Assembly: GCA_963840035.1 (NCBI GenBank)
Contig: CAWIXE010000002.1
Coordinates: 640,001 to 704,000 of the forward strand
Direction: 5' to 3'
Origin: a candidate division FCPU426 bacterium
GTDB taxonomy: Bacteria; Oederibacteriota; PGYV01; Palsa-1178
Length of the DNA stretch: 64,000 nt
Every line of letters starts with the position of its first letter. The first letter of the stretch is position 1. Made by a program: the position numbers and the translations under genes. The notes under the pieces were generated by a model. It ran no database searches. It was not told the DNA's origin and saw nothing but the letters and a program-made list of their open reading frames with translations. Shown piece after piece: positions 19,413-28,964 of the stretch.

Positions 19413-20114
19413 ATGGATAAAAAAGTGATGAACTTTGTAGAGGCTATAAAGAAGGCGCTTGGCAACAACCTGAAGTCGTTTGTGATATATGGTTCGGCCG
19501 CGGCAGGGGAGCATTACGCGCATTCGGATTATAACACACTGATGGTGGTTGAATCACTGGACACGGTTGTACTTAAATCCGTGTCAGGGGCCGTGAAAAA
19601 GTGGGTTTCCATGGGGCAGCCTGTACCGCTTATGTTTACCATGAAAAGTATCATGTCGTCATCGGATGTCTTTCCGATGGAATTCTTTGACATAAAAGAA
19701 AATTGCGTTGTGCTCTCCGGTGAGGATGTATTTAAGAAAGTTAAGGTCAATCCTAAGAACCTGCGCCTTGAAGTGGAGCGCGAGCTTAAGTCGAAGTTTA
19801 TAAGGCTCTGCCAGTCTTACGCCGCCGGTAGCGGCCGCCCCAGGGATGTCAGGCTTCTGCTTGTGAGGTCGGTTTCAAGTTTTGCAGCCATTTTAAAGGG
19901 CGTAATCAGGCTCTATAAAAAGAAACCGCCTGTAAAAAAAGCGGATATAATAAACGCTGCCCCGACGGCGCTGAAATTGAACAAGGGGCTATTTTTAAAA
20001 GTGCTCGCCATGAAAGACGGGAGCGTTAAGGTTTCTGACCATGAAACAATGGAGATTTTTAAAGAATACCTTAAGGAAATTGAACGGCTAGCTTTAATTA
20101 TAGATAAAAAATGA
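19413..20114 (+). CDS. Nucleotidyltransferase-fold protein (LemA/TPM-associated)
   Basis: YGSAAAGE...SDYNTL and SDVFPMEF motifs. Start MDKK after GGAGG. Confidence 0.8.
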   Translation: MDKKVMNFVEAIKKALGNNLKSFVIYGSAAAGEHYAHSDYNTLMVVESLDTVVLKSVSGAVKKWVSMGQPVPLMFTMKSIMSSSDVFPMEFFDIKENCVVLSGEDVFKKVKVNPKNLRLEVERELKSKFIRLCQSYAAGSGRPRDVRLLLVRSVSSFAAILKGVIRLYKKKPPVKKADIINAAPTALKLNKGLFLKVLAMKDGSVKVSDHETMEIFKEYLKEIERLALIIDKK

Positions 20115-20145
20115 CCGTGCAAACGGCATAAAACAGGAGGTCTTT

Positions 20146-20712
20146 ATGAAAGACGGCACAAAAGTACTTTTGTTTTTAGGCGCGCTTGTGGTAATCGTAA
20201 TAGCTATATTCGCGTCGACCTACAATTCGCTTGTGAGCTATGACGAAGGCATCAAGGCGGCATGGGCGCAGGTTGAGAACGTGCTACAGCGCAGGTCTGA
20301 TTTGATACCTAACCTTGTAAATACCGTAAAGGGATACGCAAAGCATGAGAAGGAAATATTTGAAAATGTGGCTAACGCCAGGGCCGCGCTGCTTGGAGCC
20401 AAAACAATTGATGACAAGGCAAAAGCAGCGGGCGCGCTTGATTCGGCTATCGGCAGGCTTCTGGCCATAGCGGAAAATTATCCGCAGTTAAAGGCAAACG
20501 AGAATTTCCGCGCTCTTCAGGATGAACTCGCGGGCACGGAAAACAGGATAGCTGTCGAGCGCAAGCGCTACAACGACATAGTTCAGGCATATAATACGAC
20601 AGTGAGGAAGTTCCCTGCGAACCTTATCGCGGGTATGTTCGGGTTCAAGCAAAAGGAAGTTTATTTCAAGGCTGAAGAAAAGGCGAAACAGGTCCCGGAG
20701 GTAAAGTTCTGA
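20146..20712 (+). CDS. lemA: LemA family protein
   Basis: QRRSDLIPNLVNTVKGYA, ENYPQLKANENF and ENRIAVERKRYN motifs. Confidence 0.95.
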   Translation: MKDGTKVLLFLGALVVIVIAIFASTYNSLVSYDEGIKAAWAQVENVLQRRSDLIPNLVNTVKGYAKHEKEIFENVANARAALLGAKTIDDKAKAAGALDSAIGRLLAIAENYPQLKANENFRALQDELAGTENRIAVERKRYNDIVQAYNTTVRKFPANLIAGMFGFKQKEVYFKAEEKAKQVPEVKF

Positions 20713-21197
20713 TGTATTACCGCTGTTTTGAGACAAAATTCGGGACAGCGGCCCTTTTATCAGAAGGCAGGGGAATCACGGCTTTTTACCTTCCTGATAA
20801 AAGGGAGATTATGATGAAGCGCGTGCGCAGGGATTTTCCGGGAGCCACTTTGAGGGCTGACGCGGATATCCGCAGGGCTGAAGCGCTGTTAAAAAGATAT
20901 TTTACCGGACAGAAAGTAAGCTTTAAAAATGTAAGAATTGACCTGCGGACTTTAAATGATTTTACAAAAGCCGTCCTTAAGAAGACGCTGAGTATTCCGT
21001 TCGGCAGGGTGAAGTCATATAAATGGGCGGGTAATGGCAAGTCAAGGCCGGCTGGAAGGGCGCTCGGGTCAAACCCGGTGCCTGTAATAATCCCGTGTCA
21101 CAGGGTAATAAAGGCGGATGGCACGCTTGGAGGTTTTTCCGGCGGGTTATCGTGGAAGAAATGTCTCTTAAATCTGGAAGGTGTTGTAGTCATATAA
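20712..21197 (+). CDS. ogt: Methylated-DNA--protein-cysteine methyltransferase
   Basis: NPVPVIIPCHRVI active site, LGGFSGG, LLNLEG. Confidence 0.9.
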   Translation: MYYRCFETKFGTAALLSEGRGITAFYLPDKREIMMKRVRRDFPGATLRADADIRRAEALLKRYFTGQKVSFKNVRIDLRTLNDFTKAVLKKTLSIPFGRVKSYKWAGNGKSRPAGRALGSNPVPVIIPCHRVIKADGTLGGFSGGLSWKKCLLNLEGVVVI

Positions 21198-21219
21198 ACA
21201 ATAAATTCAGGAGGACTTT

Positions 21220-21639
21220 ATGGCAAAGAAAGCGGTTCAATTCAAGGCTGTTTGCGTTAATTGCGGCGTATTCATACCGGATAATTCAGGCGCTGTAAAA
21301 TCCGGCAAAAATTACTGCTCAAACTGCGCTTCTATCGAGGAAACAGCGGTATTATGCAAGCCCCGCGAGGCCGGATTTAAAACGCCTACTGGCATACTTA
21401 AGGCCGTTTGTTATGTGCTTTCACTTTTGCCTGTCGTGGGTTTCATCCTGGGAGCTGTCTTTTACCCGCAGGAAGATCCGGCAGTTAAAAAATTCGGCAG
21501 GGATTGTTTTATAATGATGGCGATAGGATTCTTTATAGGCATTGTATTCTTCTTCTTAATGATGGCGGCCGGAGTTGCCCTGGGCGGGGCGTTTGGCGGG
21601 GCCATGGATAAATTCAACTTTGGCGAGGGGTATTTTTAA
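21220..21639 (+). CDS. Hypothetical membrane protein with N-terminal CxxC...CxxC zinc ribbon
   Basis: CVNC...CSNC followed by two TM segments. AGGAGG SD. Confidence 0.7.
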   Translation: MAKKAVQFKAVCVNCGVFIPDNSGAVKSGKNYCSNCASIEETAVLCKPREAGFKTPTGILKAVCYVLSLLPVVGFILGAVFYPQEDPAVKKFGRDCFIMMAIGFFIGIVFFFLMMAAGVALGGAFGGAMDKFNFGEGYF

Positions 21640-21768
21640 AGGATGCGGGTGAGTAGTAGGTGGTGGGTAGTGGGTGGAGTAACAACGAGATAAAAGATAG
21701 GAGACAGGAAGTGTGGTGTTAATTAGAAATCAGGAATAAGAAATTAGAAATCCATTAGCGGAGACTTC

Positions 21769-22431
21769 ATGGAATTAAAAACTGAAGGCATGGTGTTAAA
21801 AAGGTTTAAACAGGGCGAGTCGGATGATGTGACCATAATATATACGCGCGAGCTGGGCAAGGTCATGGTAAACTCGAAATCCACAAGGAAGATGGAAAGC
21901 CGCCTGCGGACTGCCCTTGAACTTTTTTCGCTTAATAAATACCACCTCGTAAAATCAAAAAAAGACTCGAAATATTTCAGGTTAATCCAGGCAGAGCCGG
22001 TTAAGATGTTTGAATCCATAAGGATGTCCCTGCGCAAGATCGGGTTTGCGTACCTCGTTGTGGAATTGCTGCACAAGTTTACTGAGCTTGAGGATCCGCA
22101 TTCCGATATGTTCGATATCGCAAAGGGCATAATGGAACTCGTGGAGAGCGGGAAATATTCGAACGTGGAAAATATTGAAAGTTATTTCAAGCTCAGGGTC
22201 CTTAAGATGGCGGGGTTTGACATAAATGTGGATGATAATTACCTCAAGGAAAACCATGTAACAAAGGAAATGAAGAACCTGCTGGCTGCCATATCGGCTG
22301 CCGCTGAGCCTGAAAAACTTGACGTGGAATACGACGTGATACGCGAGATAAACATGCTTATAGACGCGTACATGATTTACATACTCGGCGAGGACATATT
22401 CAGCGCAAGATTTTTAAAAGGCTTAAAATGA
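21769..22431 (+). CDS. recO: DNA repair protein RecO
   Basis: KTEGMVLK...GESD...IYTRELGKV...SRLRTALELF N-terminal OB fold. Lacks the C-terminal Zn motif. Confidence 0.85.
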   Translation: MELKTEGMVLKRFKQGESDDVTIIYTRELGKVMVNSKSTRKMESRLRTALELFSLNKYHLVKSKKDSKYFRLIQAEPVKMFESIRMSLRKIGFAYLVVELLHKFTELEDPHSDMFDIAKGIMELVESGKYSNVENIESYFKLRVLKMAGFDINVDDNYLKENHVTKEMKNLLAAISAAAEPEKLDVEYDVIREINMLIDAYMIYILGEDIFSARFLKGLK

Positions 22432-22889
22432 AAAAACGCGTTTTTGCGGCCGTTATACTCCTGGCGGCGCTGCTGCTTTTTACATCCTGCGCGTCAATGA
22501 AGACGGCGGGCCGCAATGACAGAAGCACGATTACCCGTACCGCAAAAAACATGCTGGATACAAAATATGAATTCGGAAAACAGGACCCGGGAAGCGGATT
22601 TGACTGCTCGGGGCTTGCCCAGTATTCCTACAAACAGGCGGGAATAAATATCCCCAGGACCGTGCGCGCGCAATATGACAAAGCGCGTAAAATATCCAAA
22701 AGCGAGGCAAAAGAAGCGGACCTGCTTTTTTTCTCGACAAAAGGCCCGGGCGCGACACATGTCGGAATATACCTCGGGAACGGAAAATTCATACATTCAC
22801 CTTCAGAGGGGAAACGGGTGCAGATAGTGGAGCTTGAAAATCCTTACTGGAAGGCCAATTTCTACGGGGCGGGGACTTACTTTCAGTAG
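22428..22889 (+). CDS. NlpC/P60 (C40) lipoprotein peptidase
   Basis: Lipobox FTSC; GFDCSGL, HVGIY and FIHS motifs. Confidence 0.92.
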   Translation: MKKRVFAAVILLAALLLFTSCASMKTAGRNDRSTITRTAKNMLDTKYEFGKQDPGSGFDCSGLAQYSYKQAGINIPRTVRAQYDKARKISKSEAKEADLLFFSTKGPGATHVGIYLGNGKFIHSPSEGKRVQIVELENPYWKANFYGAGTYFQ

Positions 22890-22981
22890 AGAGTTTAACA
22901 GACAAGAGACTGGAGACAGGAAAAAGGGTTTTTGATTTGTTTCAAAATCAGGAATCAGAAATTAAAAACAAGAGGAATATA

Positions 22982-23500
22982 ATGAGAAAAATTAAAGTGT
23001 TCACTGTTATTATGGCGGTTTTGGTTTTACCCGGGTTTATACATGCCGAACTTATAAACAAGTATACCATTGCCGAGCTGACTCCTTCGCCTGTGGTTTC
23101 AAAACTGAAAAAGGCAAAGAAGCAGACAAAACGGCAGATAATAATTAATTCCGCTAAGTCATTGATCGGGCAGGATTACTGGCCTGGAGGGCAGGATTCG
23201 GAATACGGATATGACTGTTCGGGGCTTACGCAGTACAGTTATAACTGCGCGGGTGTCACCATACCGCGTGTCTCCAGGGATCAGTTCAGGAATTCGTCGC
23301 GCCTGCAGGAAGATGAAATGAAACCCGGAGACCTGATATTTTTTAACACGCAGGGAAACGGCGTAAATCATGTGGGTATTTACCTCGGCGACGGCGAGTT
23401 TGTCCACGCGCCGGGTATAGGAAGGCAGATAAAGATAGACACGATAAACAAGCCTTACTGGAGAATGAGATTTTTCGCGGGGGGAAGGTACGTGAAATAA
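22982..23500 (+). CDS. NlpC/P60 (C40) secreted peptidase
   Basis: Start MRKIK after AGAGGA. GYDCSGL, HVGIY and FVHA motifs. Confidence 0.9.
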   Translation: MRKIKVFTVIMAVLVLPGFIHAELINKYTIAELTPSPVVSKLKKAKKQTKRQIIINSAKSLIGQDYWPGGQDSEYGYDCSGLTQYSYNCAGVTIPRVSRDQFRNSSRLQEDEMKPGDLIFFNTQGNGVNHVGIYLGDGEFVHAPGIGRQIKIDTINKPYWRMRFFAGGRYVK

Positions 23501-23574
23501 CAATTTTCAATTAGAAGCCGGACCTTGTTATTAATTGAAAATTTAAAATAGAAAATTTAAAATTAGGGGTTTAT

Positions 23575-24807
23575 ATGGATTACAACGAACGCGTAAAAAG
23601 AAACAGCTCGATTTTAAAGCTCGTAGTTGCCGTTGTATTCGGCATTGTCATTATATCAACCCTTTTACAGCCAAAAAAAATACCGCAAGCCGCCCAGGAG
23701 TACTTCAGGCAGGTATCGTTTAATACCATTGGCGGCAGGTATGCCGACTCGGCATGGGATATGACCGCGGCCGTCGACGGGGGATACGCGGTTGTAGGCG
23801 ATACGCGGTCGTTCGGGGACGGCGGCACGGATATTTACCTTGTTAAGGTTGATGACAAAGGCATCATGCAGTGGTCTAAGACATTCGGGGGCGGAAAAGA
23901 CGACCACGGCATGTCTGTTATCACAAACGATAAAGGCAATTATGTCATCGCGGGTTTGACCAATTCATTTGGCGAGCCGGGTTCTGATATGTATTTCATG
24001 GAGGTCGGGCAAAACGGGGAGAAGATATGGGAAAATACCGTCGGTGATAATATATTTAACGCGGCGTATACTATAAAAGAAACGGCAGGCGGATACATAG
24101 CCGCCGGATATATGAGCCAGGAAGAGCACACCCTGGCCTCGCTTGTGAAGCTTGACTCAAAAGGTAATGTGATATGGAAAAAGAGTTTTGGCGGGGATGG
24201 CTGGAACATATTTTACTCGGTATTGTCCCTGAAAAATTCCGGATACCTTGCCTGCGGGTATTCAACGCTTACAAATGAGGCGAAATCAAGCGTGTATGTT
24301 GTTAAGACCGACAGGCAGGGAAAATTATTATGGGAAAGAACTTATGGAGGGAAAAGGGAAAACCGCGCATATGCGGCGGTTGAGACGGATGACGGCGGTT
24401 TTCTTATTGGAGGAAAGACAACTTCTTTCATATCAAAAGGCATCGGCTGGGATATATACCTTATTAAGATAGCCGCTTCAGGCGAAAAGCAGTGGGAACG
24501 TTTCATTACCGCGGCCGACCTTGATGTCGGCAAACCGCTGATAAAAGACGGAGCGGGTTTCGCGGTTGTTGGCACAAAAAAATGCTACGGCATATGCGAC
24601 GCAAATGTGGTTTTTGCTAAAGTGGACGCTTCGGGCAATACGTCGGACTTCAGGGTGTTTTCCGGCATCAGGGATGACTACGCAAATACCATATTGAAAT
24701 CCAAAGATGGCGGATATGTTATCTGCGGATCGACACTCTCAGGCGGCAACGGAATGAGTGATATGATGATTATGAAAATCGGGCCGGATGGTGAAAAGAT
24801 CTGGTAA
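23575..24807 (+). CDS. Membrane-anchored beta-propeller-like repeat protein
   Basis: N-terminal TM and repeated W.(K/R)T(F/Y)GG...DGGY.I.G.T.S...D.YL.K.D..G units. Confidence 0.8.
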   Translation: MDYNERVKRNSSILKLVVAVVFGIVIISTLLQPKKIPQAAQEYFRQVSFNTIGGRYADSAWDMTAAVDGGYAVVGDTRSFGDGGTDIYLVKVDDKGIMQWSKTFGGGKDDHGMSVITNDKGNYVIAGLTNSFGEPGSDMYFMEVGQNGEKIWENTVGDNIFNAAYTIKETAGGYIAAGYMSQEEHTLASLVKLDSKGNVIWKKSFGGDGWNIFYSVLSLKNSGYLACGYSTLTNEAKSSVYVVKTDRQGKLLWERTYGGKRENRAYAAVETDDGGFLIGGKTTSFISKGIGWDIYLIKIAASGEKQWERFITAADLDVGKPLIKDGAGFAVVGTKKCYGICDANVVFAKVDASGNTSDFRVFSGIRDDYANTILKSKDGGYVICGSTLSGGNGMSDMMIMKIGPDGEKIW

Positions 24808-24914
24808 AGCCGACCAAGGGTCGGTATTTACAGTTGGTTGTACAATTGAAATTAAAAAAGTGGAAAAAACCGCATATTTGGTATAATGTTTTTAACCTAA
24901 AACAGAGGCGCCAA

Positions 24915-25130
24915 ATGAGCGAAAACTGTCCGAGCATGTATAATTGCCCTTTGTATCCGCTTTTTAAAAGTGAATCAACCTTAAAAGTTTTTAAACTGAG
25001 GTATTGCATGGGAAAATTCAACAACTGCGAGCGGCGGATAAGGGCCTTTGCCGAGGAAATCATAGAAGTGCCAAATAATCTGCTTCCAAACGGGGAACTG
25101 CTCGGAGAGTCAAAAAGAACAGAACCGTAA
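24915..25130 (+). CDS. Small Cys-rich hypothetical protein
   Basis: 71 aa, MSENCPSMYNCPLY...YC...C...VPNNLLPNG. GAGG SD; TGGTATAAT upstream. Confidence 0.7.
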   Translation: MSENCPSMYNCPLYPLFKSESTLKVFKLRYCMGKFNNCERRIRAFAEEIIEVPNNLLPNGELLGESKRTEP

Positions 25131-25167
25131 TTTCCAAAAACCATCCTAAATCATTAAAAAAATGTGA

Positions 25168-25205
25168 TTTTGTGAATTGACACAAAAGCGTTTTCGTGGT
25201 ATTTT
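25168..25205 (+). promoter_or_regulatory. Sigma70-type promoter of the glycan operon with overlapping operator-like palindromes
   Basis: TTGACA (25177-82)-17 nt-TATTTT with a TG extension. LacI-like CAAAAGCGTTTTCG in the spacer. ttttgtg-N6-cacaaaa over the -35. Confidence 0.55.
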
Positions 25206-25233
25206 ATTTCTACCAAAATATATGGAGGAATTA

Positions 25234-28200
25234 ATGCGATTAAAACACATTATTTTTCTGGCTCTCCTTATTACTTTCCCTTTATTCCTATATTCAGCGG
25301 AAACTGCGCCCGCGCAGATTGACCCGGACAAGTTTTACCTGTTAAACGGTTTTGATGATGAAACAAACTGGACCACATCAGACTGGGCAAACAACGCGCT
25401 TTCCACAATAACCCTTTCCAATGATTTTATAACGCAGGGAAAGAAGTCCATGGAAGTAAGTTTAAACGCCGTAAAAGCGGGACAGGGCGCCATCGTGCAG
25501 GTATTGGACCCGGGTGACATGTCGGATATTAACGAGATAAGCGTGGACATTTATAACTCCTCAATGTTGAAAATGGACGTAAGGCTTATGGTAAAGACGG
25601 GCGAGGCATGGCAGTATCATGAATCAAAACCCATAGACATAAAACCGGGATGGAATAAGAATGTTGTTTTTGACCTTGCGGCGGCGGAATATACCGCTGA
25701 AGGGGCAAATACATTTAATAAGAAGATATCAAACCGTAATTTTGTTCGCAGGCTCGGTTTTCTTTTTTATCCGGGTAAACCGGTAGACGGAGCCATCTAT
25801 TTTGACAACCTCAGGATTAAAGGAGGCCAGTCCATAGCCGCGCTGTTGCCGCAGGAGGCGCCGGCTAACTTAAAAACAGTGCTTATAGATGATTTTGAAA
25901 AAGGCACCCTGAAATGGTCGGCTGCCGCAGGCTGGTCATGCGCCGCGGGAGTGGACAAGATAAAAATGCCGGATGGCAATCAGGTCCTCAAGGCGCGCTT
26001 TAATATGTCATCACCCGGCATGAATGCCGCGTTTATTACGGAAGGCTCATTTGATTTATCCGGGGTGAACGATTTCATTATGGATGTTTTTAACCCGAAT
26101 GACACTATTATGAACTGCGGGTTCGCGCTTGCTACCGGCGACAAATGGGCATGGCAGGAAGCCCCGATATTCAAGCTTAAGAAAGGCTGGAACAGGGATG
26201 TAAAGGTAAGCTTTATAAAAAAATACTGGAAAAATGAGTCAAGCGGATGGAAAAGCAATGTTACGCCGGGCGATATAAAATCCGTAAAGAGGATTAATAT
26301 GCTGCTGTACCCGCCTGATATGGGCGAAGGGTATGCGCTGATAGATAATATAAGGATGACGACAACAGAGCCTGAGAAACTGGAAACTTTGAAACCCGTG
26401 GATATCGGGCCTGTGGCATTCTCCGTATGGAACAGTTTTGAAAAAGGCGTTAACTGGTCGCCTGCGGCGGACGCCGGCGGGGCCATCGCGGTCAATCCCG
26501 CTTTTGAATTCGGCGGGCAGAGGATAAACGGAATGGAGCTTGTATATTCCACCAGGAATGAAGTTGATAAAGCGGTATATTCCTACCGTTCGTCCATTAA
26601 TTTCGCCAACAGTGTTGGCATGAAATTTGACATATATAACCCGAACGCATACGGGGTAAAAATATCGGTGGCCTTTAAGACTGGTGACCAGGAATCATGG
26701 AATGAGACAAAACAGATAGGCATAGCTCCGGGATGGAACAGGGGCATATTGATAGATTTTGTATCGCCTTCATTTAAGTCGGCGGACTCCAACTGGAATT
26801 ATACGGATCCGTTCTATACAAGGAACGACATAAGGGAGATAGATTTCCAGATATATCCGGACGCCAAGGTCCAGGGCAAACTCTATGTCAGCGAAATAAA
26901 GCTTGCGCGGAGGAATTTTCTCGGGGATATAGGAGAATGGCTGGGCTTTACTTTTGTGAATAATTCAAAGGTGAAGGTTGAATCCATAAATTATTCTCTA
27001 TGGGACAACGGATCCTCAGAAGGCGGTTTTGAATCGGACGCTGCGCTTAATTACTGGACTGACGCGGGTATGTCGGACTGGGGCGTGTCAAGGGTGTCCA
27101 TTTCCGACAAGTTCCCGTCGCAGGGTAAAAAATCGCTGCGCATGGAGTATAAGGACGCGAATATCAAGGTCGGACTTGCGTACAAAAGCGTGACTGCTTT
27201 CAGCGTTTCAGACAAGGATTATTTCACGTTTGACGTGTATAACCCAGGAAAACTCATGAAATGCTCCATGGTATTTGATGACGGAAACACCGGCGGCTGG
27301 TACGAGACCAAACAATACGTCATATACCCGGGATGGAACAGGAACATAAAGGTTGACCTTAATTCCAATGACTGGAAACATGACTCTACAAACCTTCAGA
27401 ACTGCGATATATTACGCATTAAAAACGCGGTAAAGAATATCTTCATCATATTTTACGGCGGTATTGAAGGGTCCATATACCTGGATAACGTCAGGTGGGG
27501 CAAGAAATCCGGCCTGTCGTTGACACAGGCGGATGTCACACAGGATATTAACCTTGAACTTTCACCTTTGGATAATATCGACGCCAAGCTGACTCTGCGC
27601 GCCGCATATCACGCAGGAGGGGCGAATGAACTTGCCCTGGCTTCCGGGCATATTAACCTGCGCGGTTTTGGAAACGAACTCTCGGTATTCTCCGGGGAAC
27701 CCGCAAAGATTATTGACGACGTATTCGGGATAGTGGATCCGGGCGCGGTCGGGCCAAATAACATGGGTGTTTCCCTCGCGGGTACCGTATTCCCGATTAA
27801 CACTTCATATATCCTCAGCGGTTTAAGCCTCGATGCTTCAGAACCCTGGAAACTTTCGACAAGCTATCTTATGACCGCTAGGATAAAGACCTACCTGTTT
27901 GAGAAAAATTTCATTGGCGCTCTCTACGTGAATAACAGGCGCGGGTATTCCGAGGGCGCGGATATATTTTCTGGGAATTTTGAACAGTCAAGCCATGTAT
28001 ACGGCGGTGACGCTTCGCTTGCCATACCGGGGTTCGGGCTCTTTGACCTTAACCTTAAAGGGGAAGTGCTTTTCGCAAGTTATGACACTTTAAAACCCGT
28101 ATACCTGATTGATTCCGTGCCTCCGAAATATGTTTTTGAGGATCTCACCACATCGGCCGACAGGAAACTTATCTACGGCCAGGCTGACCTGCACGCGGGT

Positions 28201-28944
28201 TACCTGACACTTTACGCAAACTTAAGGATGATAGACAGGATGTTTTCCGCGACTTACTGTAACCAGGATTATAAGCCCGGTGATAACGCCATGTCTGTGA
28301 AGGCCACGTACATTATGGATGATGTTCCGCCATTTTCAATATTAAAATCCTTATCGCCCGAATCCGAAGCTTTTGTAAGAGGCACCCAGCTTATGGTCGA
28401 ATACAACAGGAACCATCAGTTAGGGGGGCTTACTTATCAAAAAGACTCATTAACTATAGATCTGAAAAACGACGAGGCGCTGGCAATGTCTAATTACCAC
28501 ATCTGGTACAGTTACGCCACCGAAGGCAATCCTTATCAGATACCGACGAGTTCGTTTACAGCCACCACAAAGCTGCTTATAGCAAACCTGGTTACGACGC
28601 GTGTTCTTTTAAGGTACCAGGCTTTAAGGGGTACTTTTTACAATGGCACAGGTGACCCTGCGCTGAGCGCGTCATTTAGTGAGGAAAACTACCCGCAATA
28701 TACCGGATTCCTTGAAGCCGGAATAAAGCTGTTTAAAGACTACAAACTCACGGCAAGCTGCAAGCTTCAGAATGCGCGGGGCATATGGTACACGAATGCT
28801 TACGCGGAAGCCGAAGCCAACTTAGTTGGAGCGGTAAACGCCATATTGAGTTACGGCGAGAAGCCGTTTACAGGCTACTGGTCGGATGATAATTCCAGGG
28901 ATACAAAAGATGTATACATGCTGAGCCTGAAGGCTTACTTCTAA
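25234..28944 (+). CDS. Large exported protein: four tandem CBM-like beta-sandwich repeats fused to a probable outer-membrane beta-barrel
   Basis: Start MRLK after GGAGG. Four repeats with F(E/D)...W, D(I/V)(Y/F)N, W.E....(I/L)..GWN and D(N/E)(I/L/V)(R/K). C-terminal ~480 aa has amphipathic strands and ends YMLSLKAYF. Confidence 0.7.
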   Translation: MRLKHIIFLALLITFPLFLYSAETAPAQIDPDKFYLLNGFDDETNWTTSDWANNALSTITLSNDFITQGKKSMEVSLNAVKAGQGAIVQVLDPGDMSDINEISVDIYNSSMLKMDVRLMVKTGEAWQYHESKPIDIKPGWNKNVVFDLAAAEYTAEGANTFNKKISNRNFVRRLGFLFYPGKPVDGAIYFDNLRIKGGQSIAALLPQEAPANLKTVLIDDFEKGTLKWSAAAGWSCAAGVDKIKMPDGNQVLKARFNMSSPGMNAAFITEGSFDLSGVNDFIMDVFNPNDTIMNCGFALATGDKWAWQEAPIFKLKKGWNRDVKVSFIKKYWKNESSGWKSNVTPGDIKSVKRINMLLYPPDMGEGYALIDNIRMTTTEPEKLETLKPVDIGPVAFSVWNSFEKGVNWSPAADAGGAIAVNPAFEFGGQRINGMELVYSTRNEVDKAVYSYRSSINFANSVGMKFDIYNPNAYGVKISVAFKTGDQESWNETKQIGIAPGWNRGILIDFVSPSFKSADSNWNYTDPFYTRNDIREIDFQIYPDAKVQGKLYVSEIKLARRNFLGDIGEWLGFTFVNNSKVKVESINYSLWDNGSSEGGFESDAALNYWTDAGMSDWGVSRVSISDKFPSQGKKSLRMEYKDANIKVGLAYKSVTAFSVSDKDYFTFDVYNPGKLMKCSMVFDDGNTGGWYETKQYVIYPGWNRNIKVDLNSNDWKHDSTNLQNCDILRIKNAVKNIFIIFYGGIEGSIYLDNVRWGKKSGLSLTQADVTQDINLELSPLDNIDAKLTLRAAYHAGGANELALASGHINLRGFGNELSVFSGEPAKIIDDVFGIVDPGAVGPNNMGVSLAGTVFPINTSYILSGLSLDASEPWKLSTSYLMTARIKTYLFEKNFIGALYVNNRRGYSEGADIFSGNFEQSSHVYGGDASLAIPGFGLFDLNLKGEVLFASYDTLKPVYLIDSVPPKYVFEDLTTSADRKLIYGQADLHAGYLTLYANLRMIDRMFSATYCNQDYKPGDNAMSVKATYIMDDVPPFSILKSLSPESEAFVRGTQLMVEYNRNHQLGGLTYQKDSLTIDLKNDEALAMSNYHIWYSYATEGNPYQIPTSSFTATTKLLIANLVTTRVLLRYQALRGTFYNGTGDPALSASFSEENYPQYTGFLEAGIKLFKDYKLTASCKLQNARGIWYTNAYAEAEANLVGAVNAILSYGEKPFTGYWSDDNSRDTKDVYMLSLKAYF

Positions 28945-28964
28945 TGATAAGACGCGGAGGGAAA

